The notes under the pieces were generated by a model that made no database searches, was not told where the DNA came from, and saw only the letters and a program-made list of their open reading frames with translations. Shown here piece by piece: positions 1 through 8,999 of a stretch of DNA of 64,000 nucleotides (within the stretch, counting starts at the first letter, position 1; the number at the start of each line of letters is the position of its first letter). A program made the translations under genes and the position numbers. The stretch is taken from IMG/VR virus record IMGVR_UViG_3300028840_002420, positions 49,208 to 113,207 of that record; one strand, given 5' to 3'. This DNA is from a virus.

Positions 1-7
1 CCTCCAC

Positions 8-376
8 TTGATCGACATTCTGGCGAGGCTGGGCAATCAACAGCCAAGTGATGACCCGTACAACTTCAAAACGGGGGGTGTCGGGCTGACCGTCAGGGAG
101 CATCGGGTGATGCTGGCGGCGATCTCGTGGCACATGCGTCCGCAAGCGGGAAGGGGGGCACTCAATTCCGCAAAGCTGGCCCGAAAGACCGCGATCTCTC
201 CAAAGAAGATTCCGCAAGTCGTCAATGCGCTGGGCGAAGCCGGGCTGATCGTCAACCTAGCCGGTGATTCGGCGCCGAATTTGGCCCCCAATCCGATCTT
301 GGGTTTTTGGGATCTTCGGAAATTAAAGGAGCTGCGGAAGGTCCGAACGGGCGCCGGGTCGCTGTGGAAACCATAG
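8..376 (+). CDS. Winged-HTH DNA-binding protein, probably 5'-truncated by the window edge; possible replication initiator
   Basis: Frame is open back to position 2; HTH-like segment LNSAKLARKTAISPKKIPQVVNALGEAGLI; followed directly by direct repeats. Confidence 0.5.
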   Translation: MIDILARLGNQQPSDDPYNFKTGGVGLTVREHRVMLAAISWHMRPQAGRGALNSAKLARKTAISPKKIPQVVNALGEAGLIVNLAGDSAPNLAPNPILGFWDLRKLKELRKVRTGAGSLWKP

Positions 377-522
377 CCACCCACGGCGGTGGGTATGAAG
401 CCACCCACGGCGGTGGCTCTAGGAGGTAGGAGTATGTGAAAACACATACTTACAGTTACCTTGTTTATACGGAGCGAAGCTCCGGGGATTCCGCAAATGA
501 AATACCGATCGATTCCGCAAAT
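375..522. repeat. Two pairs of direct repeats with 24-bp period (iteron-like)
   Basis: AGCCACCCACGGCGGTGG at 375-392 and 399-416; GATTCCGCAAAT at 487-498 and 511-522; AT-richer stretch at about 435-470 between them. Confidence 0.8.
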
Positions 523-528
523 CTGCCT

Positions 529-558
529 GCTACAGATCGGCTGGTCAGAGCATAGTAG
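529..558 (+). promoter_or_regulatory. Class A phage promoter motif GCTACA-N16-CATAGTAG
   Basis: One of five copies with conserved spacing; intergenic, upstream of the gene at 651. Confidence 0.7.
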
Positions 559-650
559 AGAAGGAAGCGGCTGCATCTGTTGACCAGGCTTCGCCTGGTC
601 CAGATGCGGGCACTTGTTCGATAGAGAACAACCAAAAAAGGAGACTCAAC

Positions 651-1151
651 GTGGAGACACCGAAGGACGCTCACAAGTACCTGGTCACCTACCAGCTCAA
701 GCACCACCCGAACGGGATCGAGGCTCAGGACGTTCCAGCGATGCACGGGGCCAGTGACGCGTTGATCGTGATTAGCCAGCTCTATCTGGAGGACGGATCC
801 TATTCCCAGTGCACCAGCGGACTGGATGGCCGCACGGGCGGCGACATCGAGCCGGGAGAGATGTGGAAGGCGTGGATGATACTCGCGCGGAGTTTGGCGG
901 TAGAGCATCCCAATCTGTCTCCAGGGCAGCGGCTCAGTGCGTGGACCGCGTTCAGCCTGGCTTCCCAGATGGTACACGGTAAGCAGCCGGAGCCGCCGCC
1001 AGACCTGCAGGCGCTTTTGGGGAAGCTGGACGGCCTGGTCGGCTACCAGCGGAATCCGGATGGACCGCAGGTCCAGGATACGCCGGTACCGGAAGCTCCA
1101 AAGCAAGGTCTGCGAGTGGTGGCAGATCCGACAGAGGATGGAGAGAGCTGA
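651..1151 (+). CDS. Hypothetical protein
   Basis: GTG start with AAGGAG RBS; coupled to the next gene. Confidence 0.75.
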   Translation: METPKDAHKYLVTYQLKHHPNGIEAQDVPAMHGASDALIVISQLYLEDGSYSQCTSGLDGRTGGDIEPGEMWKAWMILARSLAVEHPNLSPGQRLSAWTAFSLASQMVHGKQPEPPPDLQALLGKLDGLVGYQRNPDGPQVQDTPVPEAPKQGLRVVADPTEDGES

Positions 1152-1666
1152 TGCGCGATAACTGCGATCTTTGCGGAAAGGTGATTTCGACCACGGCCGA
1201 TCCGAACAACGTCGAAGGTTGGTTCGTCAGCCTGGAGCACGCCGAGCAGCTCGAAAGCGAGATCGCGCAGGGCCTGGATTATCCGCGCGGCTGGCTCAAG
1301 GAACGCTGCATGCAGTTGATCGTGTGCGCGGACTGTCAGGTTGAAAAGCCGAAGGCTGCACCACACGCGGTCCGATTGAACGTGGAAGGGACGCCGTTGT
1401 GCGTGATCGGTCCGGGAGCAGATGAGGCGGTTCAGGTGATGGCGGCCAGAAAGGCGTTCGTCGATCAGTACGCCGAGCGCAGAGGCTGGGATATGTCCGC
1501 GGGTCCGACGATGGAGCAGATCGCGGAAATCCGACAGCAGCCCGAGTGGCAGCAGATTGGTTCGACTCCGATGGCTCAGATTGATCCGAACGAGCAGATC
1601 GATCCAGCGGCCGGTGAGCAGGGAGCGCCAAGCGGAATTGCTCAGCCGGGGGATGAGGACTATTGA
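1151..1666 (+). CDS. Hypothetical protein with two CxxC motifs
   Basis: CDLC and CADC; TGATG overlap with upstream gene. Confidence 0.7.
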   Translation: MRDNCDLCGKVISTTADPNNVEGWFVSLEHAEQLESEIAQGLDYPRGWLKERCMQLIVCADCQVEKPKAAPHAVRLNVEGTPLCVIGPGADEAVQVMAARKAFVDQYAERRGWDMSAGPTMEQIAEIRQQPEWQQIGSTPMAQIDPNEQIDPAAGEQGAPSGIAQPGDEDY

Positions 1667-1974
1667 GCACGACAGAAGAACAGATCGCTAAATGGGCTGA
1701 GACGTATCGAGAGCGCGGCTGGCCGGTACCTTGTGCGGGCGAGGGCGATGCGGAGGGCTGTGATCGTTGTTGGTGCGCTGGAGGCGGAGACGCCGGGCCG
1801 TACTGTGCTGGAGGAGAGTACAAAATCCTTCGAGCGCAGTGGGTGATCGAGCATGGGCGTGAGTGGCTGTCGTGGTGCGGGTTATGGCTCTATGGCCCGT
1901 TCCCGCCAGACTATCGCCAAAGGTGCATTGTTCGACACGATGCCTGGCAGCTGAAGATCCGAGGTAAAGCCTGA
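1663..1974 (+). CDS. Hypothetical Cys-rich protein
   Basis: GAGGA RBS; overlaps both neighbours by 1-4 nt. Confidence 0.6.
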   Translation: MSTTEEQIAKWAETYRERGWPVPCAGEGDAEGCDRCWCAGGGDAGPYCAGGEYKILRAQWVIEHGREWLSWCGLWLYGPFPPDYRQRCIVRHDAWQLKIRGKA

Positions 1975-3452
1975 TGGGCCGGAAGGCTCAGATACATATC
2001 AACAACGCGCGCAGCCGCCTCGAGAACGTGCGTCCGGAGATCTTCAAGCTGCTGCGTCACGAGCTGTCATTTATGACGGGAGAGCCGGGCTGGCGGCGCC
2101 ACATGCAGGCTGACGGCTCCGTCAAGACGCATTGGTGGGACGGCTATCGCCGGCTGCTGCAGAAGAACGGATCGTTTCCGAGCGGGCTGCTGCCGCGGTT
2201 GTCGCGGCTGATGCACAAGTGGTCGGTGGGCTACGAGGTTAACGATCATCGCCGAAGGCCTCCTGAGAATGTTCCGCTGTGGCGGTTCCGCGATGATTTC
2301 GAGCTGCGGGATTACCAGATTGCGGACTGTGACGCGGCCGAGCGTTGGACCAGGGGTGTTATCGACTCGCCTCCCAGGACGGGCAAGACGGTGATGATCG
2401 CCGAGCTGCTGCGTCGGATCAGCTCGTCACGGGCGGTCGTGACAGCTCCGACCAGGCCGATTGCAGAGCAGACCTATGAAAAGCTGCTCGAGCTGTTTTG
2501 CGATTGGGCCGGGATGCTGCCAGATCTCCACGGAGACTTCTTTTTGCTGGTTGGTGGGGCTCCAAAGAGCGCCAAAGCAAATCGGGCGCTCGATCGAGCT
2601 CGAGTGGTTGTAGCGACGGCCGATAGCGCCGTGGGGATGCCAGATGCGTTCTGGGAGAAGACCGAGGCGCTGATTGTCGACGAGCGTCATCATCAGGCGG
2701 CCAAGACCTACCACAAGCTGTCCGACAAGGCGGTCAACGCGTACTGGCGTTGGGGATTCACTGGGACCAACTACCGGAGCAAAGGCGGAGAGCAGATAGC
2801 GTTGGAGGCATGCTTGGGCCGGACGGTCGCCAGCCACAGTATCCAGGAGATGACTGAGCGTGGTGTGTTGGTGCCGGCAGAGGTGGAGTTTTGGCCGGTC
2901 GACTACGATGGACTGCGGACGGTCAAGTACCAGCGGGCTTATCCCAAGGGCGTGGTGCAGAGTGAAGTCCGCAACGAGCTGGTCGCGCTGGCTGCGTCCA
3001 ATCTGCTCAACGAGGGGCGTAAGGTACTGGTGTTGGTCTATCGGCTCGAGCACGGCGAGCGACTTTCGCAGATGATCGCGGGCAGCCAGTTTGTCAAAGG
3101 CGAAGACGGCGACGAAGTGCGCCGGGCGGTGGCCAAGCTCGATTCGGGAAAGCTGCGGTGTTTGATCGGGTCACCGGTAGTCGGCGAAGGTCTGGATTGT
3201 CCGAGCGCCGACGGCCTGGTCTACGCCAAGGGCAACCAGGCTAAGGTGACGCACGTGCAGGACGTGTTTCGCGTGATGACGGGTCATCCAGGCAAGGTCA
3301 ATGCAAAAATTATTGACTTCGCGGATCGGCACAACGCGAGCCTGATCGAGCATAGTGTCGCGAGGATGCAGCATTACCAAGATATGGGCATGAAGATCAG
3401 CGTTGTCCCGAAAGAGGCCCTTGACACGCGGCAGCTGGATCTGCCAGGGTAG
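1974..3452 (+). CDS. Superfamily 2 DNA helicase (UvsW-like)
   Basis: Q-motif LRDYQ, Walker A PRTGKT, DERH, FTGT, GEGLDCP, IIDFAD. Confidence 0.88.
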   Translation: MGRKAQIHINNARSRLENVRPEIFKLLRHELSFMTGEPGWRRHMQADGSVKTHWWDGYRRLLQKNGSFPSGLLPRLSRLMHKWSVGYEVNDHRRRPPENVPLWRFRDDFELRDYQIADCDAAERWTRGVIDSPPRTGKTVMIAELLRRISSSRAVVTAPTRPIAEQTYEKLLELFCDWAGMLPDLHGDFFLLVGGAPKSAKANRALDRARVVVATADSAVGMPDAFWEKTEALIVDERHHQAAKTYHKLSDKAVNAYWRWGFTGTNYRSKGGEQIALEACLGRTVASHSIQEMTERGVLVPAEVEFWPVDYDGLRTVKYQRAYPKGVVQSEVRNELVALAASNLLNEGRKVLVLVYRLEHGERLSQMIAGSQFVKGEDGDEVRRAVAKLDSGKLRCLIGSPVVGEGLDCPSADGLVYAKGNQAKVTHVQDVFRVMTGHPGKVNAKIIDFADRHNASLIEHSVARMQHYQDMGMKISVVPKEALDTRQLDLPG

Positions 3453-3711
3453 ATATACGGCTTCGGCCGGTAATCCAGGAGGCTCGATGACTGATATCGA
3501 CTGACAACAACGATTGGGCGCAGCAGAGCGATTTGAGGGCGGCCATCGGCATCTTGCAGATGCACCTTCCGGCAGGATGACCATTCCGATGTTCACGCCC
3601 AAGAGTCTCCAACCTCTGCTGATTGCCCTTGTTATGCAACGCAGCTTTCGGTGTTGGCCCGTGCCGGGGCACATGACGCGTGATAACGGGCCTTCGTTTC
3701 AGGAGTAACGG

Positions 3712-3912
3712 ATGGACGCGATAACGATCACGGTGCCCGTCGAATACGCGCAAAAGTGGGTGCGCGGAGATGCCGATCATGACGTGCTGCAGGACGCAAT
3801 AGAGCGTGCGCTGAAGTGCACAAAGCCGACGCGACAAGATGCGGAAGCAGCTATCAAAGTGCTGCACGCGGCTGGTTGGATCGACGACTGCGGGTGCATT
3901 TCCAAGAAGTGA
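3712..3912 (+). CDS. Hypothetical protein
   Basis: AGGAG RBS upstream of ATG. Confidence 0.65.
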   Translation: MDAITITVPVEYAQKWVRGDADHDVLQDAIERALKCTKPTRQDAEAAIKVLHAAGWIDDCGCISKK

Positions 3913-3919
3913 GGACGCG

Positions 3920-4423
3920 ATGTCACCTATCTACAGAACCGGGGCGATCGGCGACAAGCGGAAGCTGATCAAGTTTTTCGCAGCCAAGGAGCACCAAAAT
4001 CTCGTGCTGCGGATCGCTGATGTGCTCGATCTGAGAAATGATCAGCAGGACTGGCTGATCGGTTTGGTCGAGATCGTGAAGTCGGTCCCGCAGCCACCCG
4101 TCCGGAAGGAAGCGACAGGCTGGCGGAAACGCTGGCTGCTGCAGACGTGCCCGAACGGCTATATCGTGCTGCCGTTCGAGGATCTTCTGGGGCCGATGGA
4201 CATGAAGGCCGTCATGCGTCTCCAGGAGGTCTGTTACGCCTACTACAACGTCCGGATGGGCAAGGGCGAGCCGAGCCGGGTCGACAAGTGCGACAAGTGT
4301 GGGGGCAGCAAGCAGGTCGACGGTGCCAAGTGCAAGCAGTGCGACGGCACGGGGATCACGATTACGTTTCTCGAGATGTCCGACGAAGAGCGGCGGTTGG
4401 CGCGGGGCGAGGATGCTGATTAG
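3920..4423 (+). CDS. Hypothetical protein with DnaJ-type zinc finger
   Basis: CDKCGGS...CKQCDGTG; GAGG RBS before ATG 3920. Confidence 0.7.
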   Translation: MSPIYRTGAIGDKRKLIKFFAAKEHQNLVLRIADVLDLRNDQQDWLIGLVEIVKSVPQPPVRKEATGWRKRWLLQTCPNGYIVLPFEDLLGPMDMKAVMRLQEVCYAYYNVRMGKGEPSRVDKCDKCGGSKQVDGAKCKQCDGTGITITFLEMSDEERRLARGEDAD

Positions 4424-4607
4424 CGATAGGCCGCATGGACTTGTCGATGCGTTCTGGCAATTGATCTGCAAGCGGTGCGGATGGTCTCCAGGACCACGGA
4501 CCGCGTGCAAATCGATCTGTGCCGAGTGTCGGGAGCCTTTGACGGTCGTTCACGGGACTGAAGATGAGGTCAAAGGCAGACTCGCAGAGATCAGAGGTGA
4601 AGCATGA
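4413..4607 (+). CDS. Small zinc-ribbon protein
   Basis: CKRC and CAEC; fills the gap between coupled genes. Confidence 0.55.
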   Translation: MLISDRPHGLVDAFWQLICKRCGWSPGPRTACKSICAECREPLTVVHGTEDEVKGRLAEIRGEA

Positions 4608-4864
4608 GTGGTAAAGCGGGAGCTGCGACGGTGAAGGCTAATCGCGAGCAGAAACACGAGCTGGGCAAAAGCGCCAACGCGTGCGCGAACAAGTGGTTGG
4701 CGATGCACCGAGGTGAGACGGTCGCAGTCAGTTATCGCGGGCGTGAGATCGCGCGGGGAGTGCTTGAGGAGTTCGATCTGTACGCGATGATCATCGTGCG
4801 CGAAGAAATTGAACATCCCGCGTTGGTGTTCAAGGGTCCGGGTGTGGTTATCGAGCCGGCCTGA
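4604..4864 (+). CDS. Hfq/Sm-like RNA-binding protein
   Basis: VAVSYRGREIARGVLEEFDLYAMIIV...ALVFKGPGVVIEPA aligns by eye with Hfq Sm1 (G.IESFDQFVILL) and Sm2 (MVYKHAISTVVP). Confidence 0.6.
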   Translation: MSGKAGAATVKANREQKHELGKSANACANKWLAMHRGETVAVSYRGREIARGVLEEFDLYAMIIVREEIEHPALVFKGPGVVIEPA

Positions 4865-5352
4865 TGAGTCTCGAGCTGATCTATACCTACAATCGCCTAT
4901 CGGTGCGTGTAGTCCAAGCGCGGGTAAAGGTGATTCTGCCATCGGCGATCGTGAGGGCAGTCGCTCAAGATCTGCAGGACTGGCTTGAAGAGAACGAGTT
5001 TCCGGCCGGGCCGTATATTGCGAGCTGTTTCGCGAAACACAGTTGGGCGTACGTGCCTGCGTTCGAGGCGTTGGCCCGGCCAAAGTACGCGAAGCACTAC
5101 CGCGACAACGCGGAAGAGGCGGCGATGTGGTGGCGGCAGCACGAGATCGATCGCGAAGCTCACACGCCGCTCGAGTTGTCTCCAGGCAAGGAAATCGTCA
5201 AGTCGCGGTTTCGTTATGACGGGCGGGAAAAGGCCTGTAGGGCTCAGCCCGAGCTGAGCGGTGGGTTCAACCAACTATCGAGGCACTGTCAGACGTGCCC
5301 AGAGAAGGAGGAATGTCGTGCGGGAAGAAACAATGCAAGTGCTCGCCAGTAA
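4864..5352 (+). CDS. Hypothetical protein with C-terminal 4-Cys cluster
   Basis: C...SGGFNQLSRHCQTCPEKEEC; lies upstream of the replicative helicase. Confidence 0.7.
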   Translation: MSLELIYTYNRLSVRVVQARVKVILPSAIVRAVAQDLQDWLEENEFPAGPYIASCFAKHSWAYVPAFEALARPKYAKHYRDNAEEAAMWWRQHEIDREAHTPLELSPGKEIVKSRFRYDGREKACRAQPELSGGFNQLSRHCQTCPEKEECRAGRNNASARQ

Positions 5353-5629
5353 CGAGCTGGATCTGGGAGCTAGTCAAGCAGCGGGCGGCTTCAAGGGAGA
5401 GGCTCGATATGCTGGGGGGCCGCACGCCGGCGAGCTGATTATCCGAACCAAGAATGTCTATCCCACGACATTCGCGGCGATCAACGCGGTGGGCGCGGTA
5501 GCCGACGCTGCTAAGGAAGTGATCAGGCGCTCGGGCGCTGGTTTGGTCAAGATCGATCCGCTCGAGGATCATGAATACGCCGAGGAGCTCAAGCGGCAAT
5601 TTCGCGAAGAGCAGCAGAAGGCCAAATAG
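5333..5629 (+). CDS. Hypothetical protein
   Basis: ORF continuing the operon; ATG at 5333. Confidence 0.6.
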   Translation: MQVLASNELDLGASQAAGGFKGEARYAGGPHAGELIIRTKNVYPTTFAAINAVGAVADAAKEVIRRSGAGLVKIDPLEDHEYAEELKRQFREEQQKAK

Positions 5630-5649
5630 CGATCGAAGAGGAGGGCGCC

Positions 5650-5874
5650 GTGTTGAAGCGTTTCAAAGAGCTGCTGCCGAACCTGTTGTACTACGTCTGC
5701 ATCGTCGGTTTCGTGTGGGGCGTGTCCTATCTCACCCGGTCGTGTAATGAAGATACGGCACGGTGGGTGTACCGCAAGGATCCGCGTACGGGGGTTTGCT
5801 ACGTGCTCAATTGGTGGCGAACGAGCTTCGCGTATATCCCGTGTGAGAAGGTGCCGCGGGGCCAGCTGAAGTGA
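5650..5874 (+). CDS. Small membrane protein
   Basis: One hydrophobic segment LLYYVCIVGFVWGVSYL; GAGG RBS. Confidence 0.6.
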   Translation: MLKRFKELLPNLLYYVCIVGFVWGVSYLTRSCNEDTARWVYRKDPRTGVCYVLNWWRTSFAYIPCEKVPRGQLK

Positions 5875-7340
5875 TCGCGTTTCCGTTCAATAGCGAGTTT
5901 CAGCGGAAGATCATCCGGCTTGCGCTGACTGATGATGGCTTCGCCACGATGGGGCTGAAGTACCTGCAGGCGTCGATGTTCGAGAGCGACGCGATGCGGT
6001 GGGTGTGGAGGCAGGTCGAGCACGAGCGCAACGAAGGGCGCCGGGCGACGCTATTGGTCGTGCGCGATCGGCTGCGGGACATCGACGAAGTTCTGAGGCC
6101 GCGGTACCAGGCTGTCGTCGACGCGATCGAGCAAGAGGTGGTGCGGGAAGAGGCCTTCATCAAAGAGAGGCTCGCCGAGTTCATCAAGCGGAACATGTTC
6201 GTTGCGGCCTACAACGACTCGCAGTCGATCTACAACAGCGGTCGTCCAGAACAGGCGATGCAGGCGATGTATGAGGCCTCGCAGAGCATTCAGCAGGTCT
6301 CGTTTGCTCCGCCCGATCGTGGTTGGTTTTACGATGAGCTGGATACGAGGCAGCGGGCCTATTTGGACTTCGGCCATCGTGAATTCGATTCGATGTTTGC
6401 CACAGGGATCGATGGCGTCGACAAGGTGTTGGATGGGGGACTGTCGCGGGGCGAGCTGGGGGTGTGGATAGCGGACTCCAAGGGCGGCAAGTCGATGATG
6501 CTGCGGTTTCTGGCAGCTCACACGTGTCGGGCGCTTCAGCGTAACGTGCTGCTGATCATCCTTGAAGGTCGGCGGCAGCAGACAGAGGCTCAGCTTGACA
6601 CGCTGCATGCCGGGATCCTGTACACGAACCTGAAGCGGGGCATTATCGATCGGGAGACTTATCAGCAGCTGCAGTCCGAGTATATGGCGCTTCGGCGCCG
6701 GCTGGTGATCCGGGCGATGGTCAAGGACTGGAGCTATACCGCTGCGGACATTCGTGCCGAGCTGGATGAGCTGCGATCGATTCACGGCTGGATCCCGGAT
6801 ATGGTCGTGGTGGACTATGGCGACCTACTCCGAAGCCAGACGAAGGCGTTTTCCGAGGAAGAGCACCAGCGTAATGCCTTCGGTGATCTGAAGAGCCTGA
6901 CTACCCAGGATTTCGGGTATGCGGTGTGGACCGCTAGCCAGGCTCAGCGGCCATCGAAGGAGATGTGGAAAAAGAAAAAGAAGGAGGAGGGCGACGAGGG
7001 CGGCGATTTCAAGGTCTGGGGCAAGCCGGTCATTCGGGCACGAGACATCGCGGACAGCTACAACAAGATCCGTCGAGCGGACTTCATTGGCTCGATCAAT
7101 CAGGACGAAAAGGACAAGCAGGAAAACATCGCGCGGCTGTGGTTGGACCGGTACCGCGACAATGCGGCCGGGCGCCTGGTCCAGGTGAGGCAACATCTCG
7201 ACCGGATGATGTTTGTTGATTTGCTTGATCCGTTGAACCGTCCCGATTCGCCAGACAGGGTGCAGGCCGATATTGAAAAGCGGCTCAAAAAGCAGCAGGA
7301 AGCCGCGAATAAGAAGCAGGAGGCGGCGAACAATGGCTGA
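5871..7340 (+). CDS. dnaB: Replicative DNA helicase (DnaB/T4 gp41-like)
   Basis: TGIDGVDKVLDGGLSRGEL, P-loop ADSKGGKS, VVVDYGD, VWTASQ, IADSYNK. Confidence 0.9.
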   Translation: MIAFPFNSEFQRKIIRLALTDDGFATMGLKYLQASMFESDAMRWVWRQVEHERNEGRRATLLVVRDRLRDIDEVLRPRYQAVVDAIEQEVVREEAFIKERLAEFIKRNMFVAAYNDSQSIYNSGRPEQAMQAMYEASQSIQQVSFAPPDRGWFYDELDTRQRAYLDFGHREFDSMFATGIDGVDKVLDGGLSRGELGVWIADSKGGKSMMLRFLAAHTCRALQRNVLLIILEGRRQQTEAQLDTLHAGILYTNLKRGIIDRETYQQLQSEYMALRRRLVIRAMVKDWSYTAADIRAELDELRSIHGWIPDMVVVDYGDLLRSQTKAFSEEEHQRNAFGDLKSLTTQDFGYAVWTASQAQRPSKEMWKKKKKEEGDEGGDFKVWGKPVIRARDIADSYNKIRRADFIGSINQDEKDKQENIARLWLDRYRDNAAGRLVQVRQHLDRMMFVDLLDPLNRPDSPDRVQADIEKRLKKQQEAANKKQEAANNG

Positions 7341-7929
7341 AGCTTTTCCTTTGTATTGGCCAGAAGGCTGGGATCGGACGAAACGACGGCGGCCGGGGCC
7401 GTACAAGGTGACGTTCGGTGCGGCGCTGAATGATCTGCGTGATGAGCTGAAGCGGTTCAACGCCCGATATCCGGTCATCAGCGCGAATGTCCCGTTGCGG
7501 AATGATGGGCTGCCCAAGGTTTCGTCGGTTGGGGATGGGACGCGATTCAGCGGTGATCCGGGGGTCGCGGTCTATTTTCGGCGGCGGGATCAGGAATTCG
7601 TGTTCGCGTGCGACAAGTACCTCCATCCGCGGGACAACATGCGGGCGGTCTTCCAGACGATCAACGCATTGCGGACGATCGAGCGCTGTGGGGTCACCGA
7701 GCTGACACAGCGGGCGTTCGCGGGATTCAAGGCGCTGCCTCCGCCAGAGAAGCCAAAACGCCCGTGGTGGGACGTATTTGGGCTGCGGCGTGAAGATGCC
7801 ACGATCGAGGTGGTCCAGGCGGTGTATAAAGCTCGTTCACGGAAAGCACACCCGGATTTTGCCAAAGACGATGGCGAGGCCATGAAAGAGCTGAATGAGG
7901 CGTTGACGGAGGCGAAGAAAGATCTCTGA
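7333..7929 (+). CDS. Phage J-domain protein (C-terminal DnaJ domain)
   Basis: FPLYWPEGW N-terminus; WWDVFGL...AVYKARSRKAHPD...MKELNEA with HPD motif. Confidence 0.85.
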   Translation: MAEAFPLYWPEGWDRTKRRRPGPYKVTFGAALNDLRDELKRFNARYPVISANVPLRNDGLPKVSSVGDGTRFSGDPGVAVYFRRRDQEFVFACDKYLHPRDNMRAVFQTINALRTIERCGVTELTQRAFAGFKALPPPEKPKRPWWDVFGLRREDATIEVVQAVYKARSRKAHPDFAKDDGEAMKELNEALTEAKKDL

Positions 7930-8972
7930 TGGCTGGCTCGAGCGCGTACTGGCGGGCGGAAGCCCGCTTTGACTGGCAGCGCTATGTGATTGACGCGGGG
8001 GGTGTGCGCGCGGTCCATAGTCGGCCGGAAGAGTATGTGCTGACGTGTCCGGACTGCTTCAAAGCTAAGTTGGCGGTCAATGTTGAGCGGCGGGCGTGGC
8101 AGTGCTGGACGTGCGGTGACGGCGGCCGGGACGCGTCGAGTCTGATTTCAAAGATCGAGCGCGTGATGTTCCACGAGGCGTTGGACCGGGTGATGACCGG
8201 ACACCAGCAGGCCGTGGGGCGGATCGATGTGCTGGATAAGCGGCTTGCTGGTCACCAGGATCGGCCGCGGGTTGAAGTCCCGAATGCGATGGTTTGGCCA
8301 GATGGATTTCATACACTGGCGCAGCCACCGACAGCGCGTGAGATGGTCGACTGGTGGGTGCAGGCGATCGGCTACTGTCGGTTTCGTGGAATTGAAGAGT
8401 ACGTGGTCCAAGAGATGCAGCTCGGGTTTTGCACCAAGGGGCGGTATCGACGGCGGCTTATCTTCCCGGTGTTCGATTACGGCGGCCGGCTGGTTTTTTA
8501 CCAGGGGCGTGCGATGTGGCCGAGAGTGACGCACAAGCGGTATATCAAGACGCTCAGTCCGAAGCTGGAGGAAGGCTACGCCGGCGCTTCGGATGTGCTG
8601 CTCAATCTGGCCTATCTGGTGGCGCGCGGCATACCAGAGCGGTTGTTGGTTGTTGAGGGGCCGATTGATTGTGCCCATGGCTGGCCGGACTGTGTGGCGA
8701 CGTTCGGCAAGCGGCTGTCCGATCGGCAGATGCAGTTGTTGGTCCGGGCTGGCGTCAAGCAGATCGATCTGGGTTGGGATCCAGAAGAGATGAAGACGAC
8801 AGAGAAGCAAGCCGCGATGCTGACCGATCTGTTCGAAGTGCGGATTGTGCAGTGGCCTTCGGGGAAGGATCCGGGGGACCTTTCGAAAGAAGAGATTGAA
8901 GGGTTTCGCCGACAAGCGCGGGTGTGGGGGAGTGGTGATCGGCTTAGCCGTTTGACTAATGTGCTCAGGTAG
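7929..8972 (+). CDS. dnaG: DNA primase (Zn finger + TOPRIM)
   Basis: CPDC...CWTC; RLIFPV; VVEGPID; ATFG; DPGD. Confidence 0.88.
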   Translation: MAGSSAYWRAEARFDWQRYVIDAGGVRAVHSRPEEYVLTCPDCFKAKLAVNVERRAWQCWTCGDGGRDASSLISKIERVMFHEALDRVMTGHQQAVGRIDVLDKRLAGHQDRPRVEVPNAMVWPDGFHTLAQPPTAREMVDWWVQAIGYCRFRGIEEYVVQEMQLGFCTKGRYRRRLIFPVFDYGGRLVFYQGRAMWPRVTHKRYIKTLSPKLEEGYAGASDVLLNLAYLVARGIPERLLVVEGPIDCAHGWPDCVATFGKRLSDRQMQLLVRAGVKQIDLGWDPEEMKTTEKQAAMLTDLFEVRIVQWPSGKDPGDLSKEEIEGFRRQARVWGSGDRLSRLTNVLR

Positions 8973-8999
8973 GCCTTTTGGGGCCTGAAAGGAGGCTCG

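Noticed and set aside
3620-3695. HDV-like or twister ribozyme
   Set aside because: Stems exist but the conserved L3/J4-2 or twister core nucleotides were not found
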